DNA of 14,618 nt from Candidatus Eiseniibacteriota bacterium (GTDB lineage Bacteria; Eisenbacteria; RBG-16-71-46; JABDJR01; JAWXBZ01): contig JAWXBZ010000060.1 in NCBI GenBank assembly GCA_034440375.1, positions 1 to 14,618 on the forward strand, written 5' to 3'. The notes beneath the pieces are model-generated. The model made no database searches. It had not been told where the DNA came from and was given only the letters and a program-made list of their open reading frames with translations. Shown piece after piece: positions 14,566 through 14,618 of the stretch. Both the position numbers and the translations under genes were made by a program. Every line of letters starts with the position of its first letter. Within the stretch, counting starts at the first letter, position 1.

Positions 14566-14618
14566 TACGGTACTGAGAGAATCCCCAAGACCCGACGACC
14601 ACGACGCGACCAGCCGAC

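Overview
GC-rich bacterial accessory region organised around a tRNA-Leu(TAA) integration hotspot. An intact minus-strand tRNA-Leu(TAA) (12196-12279) and a diverged, CCA-ending copy of its 3' half (2665-2720) share a 10-bp core over the anticodon loop. Together they bracket a ~9.5-kb island that has no integrase gene. Its cargo is conflict/defence-type: hicBA, three MNT nucleotidyltransferase antitoxin genes whose HEPN partners are deleted or frameshifted, a SWIM-SNF2 helicase directly followed by an AEP-primase-like/SF2-helicase fusion, and a frameshifted HNH endonuclease. Left of the island lies more accessory DNA: parDE, a tyrosine-recombinase C-terminal remnant, and an XRE-ImmA/IrrE peptidase plus PIN-domain pair whose PIN gene is cut by an IS21-family element end at 1-98. 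Right of the tRNA are a secreted seven-repeat beta-propeller/PKD/FlgD-Ig-like protein and a degenerate SDR gene. All calls come from reading motifs by eye; no database searches were run.
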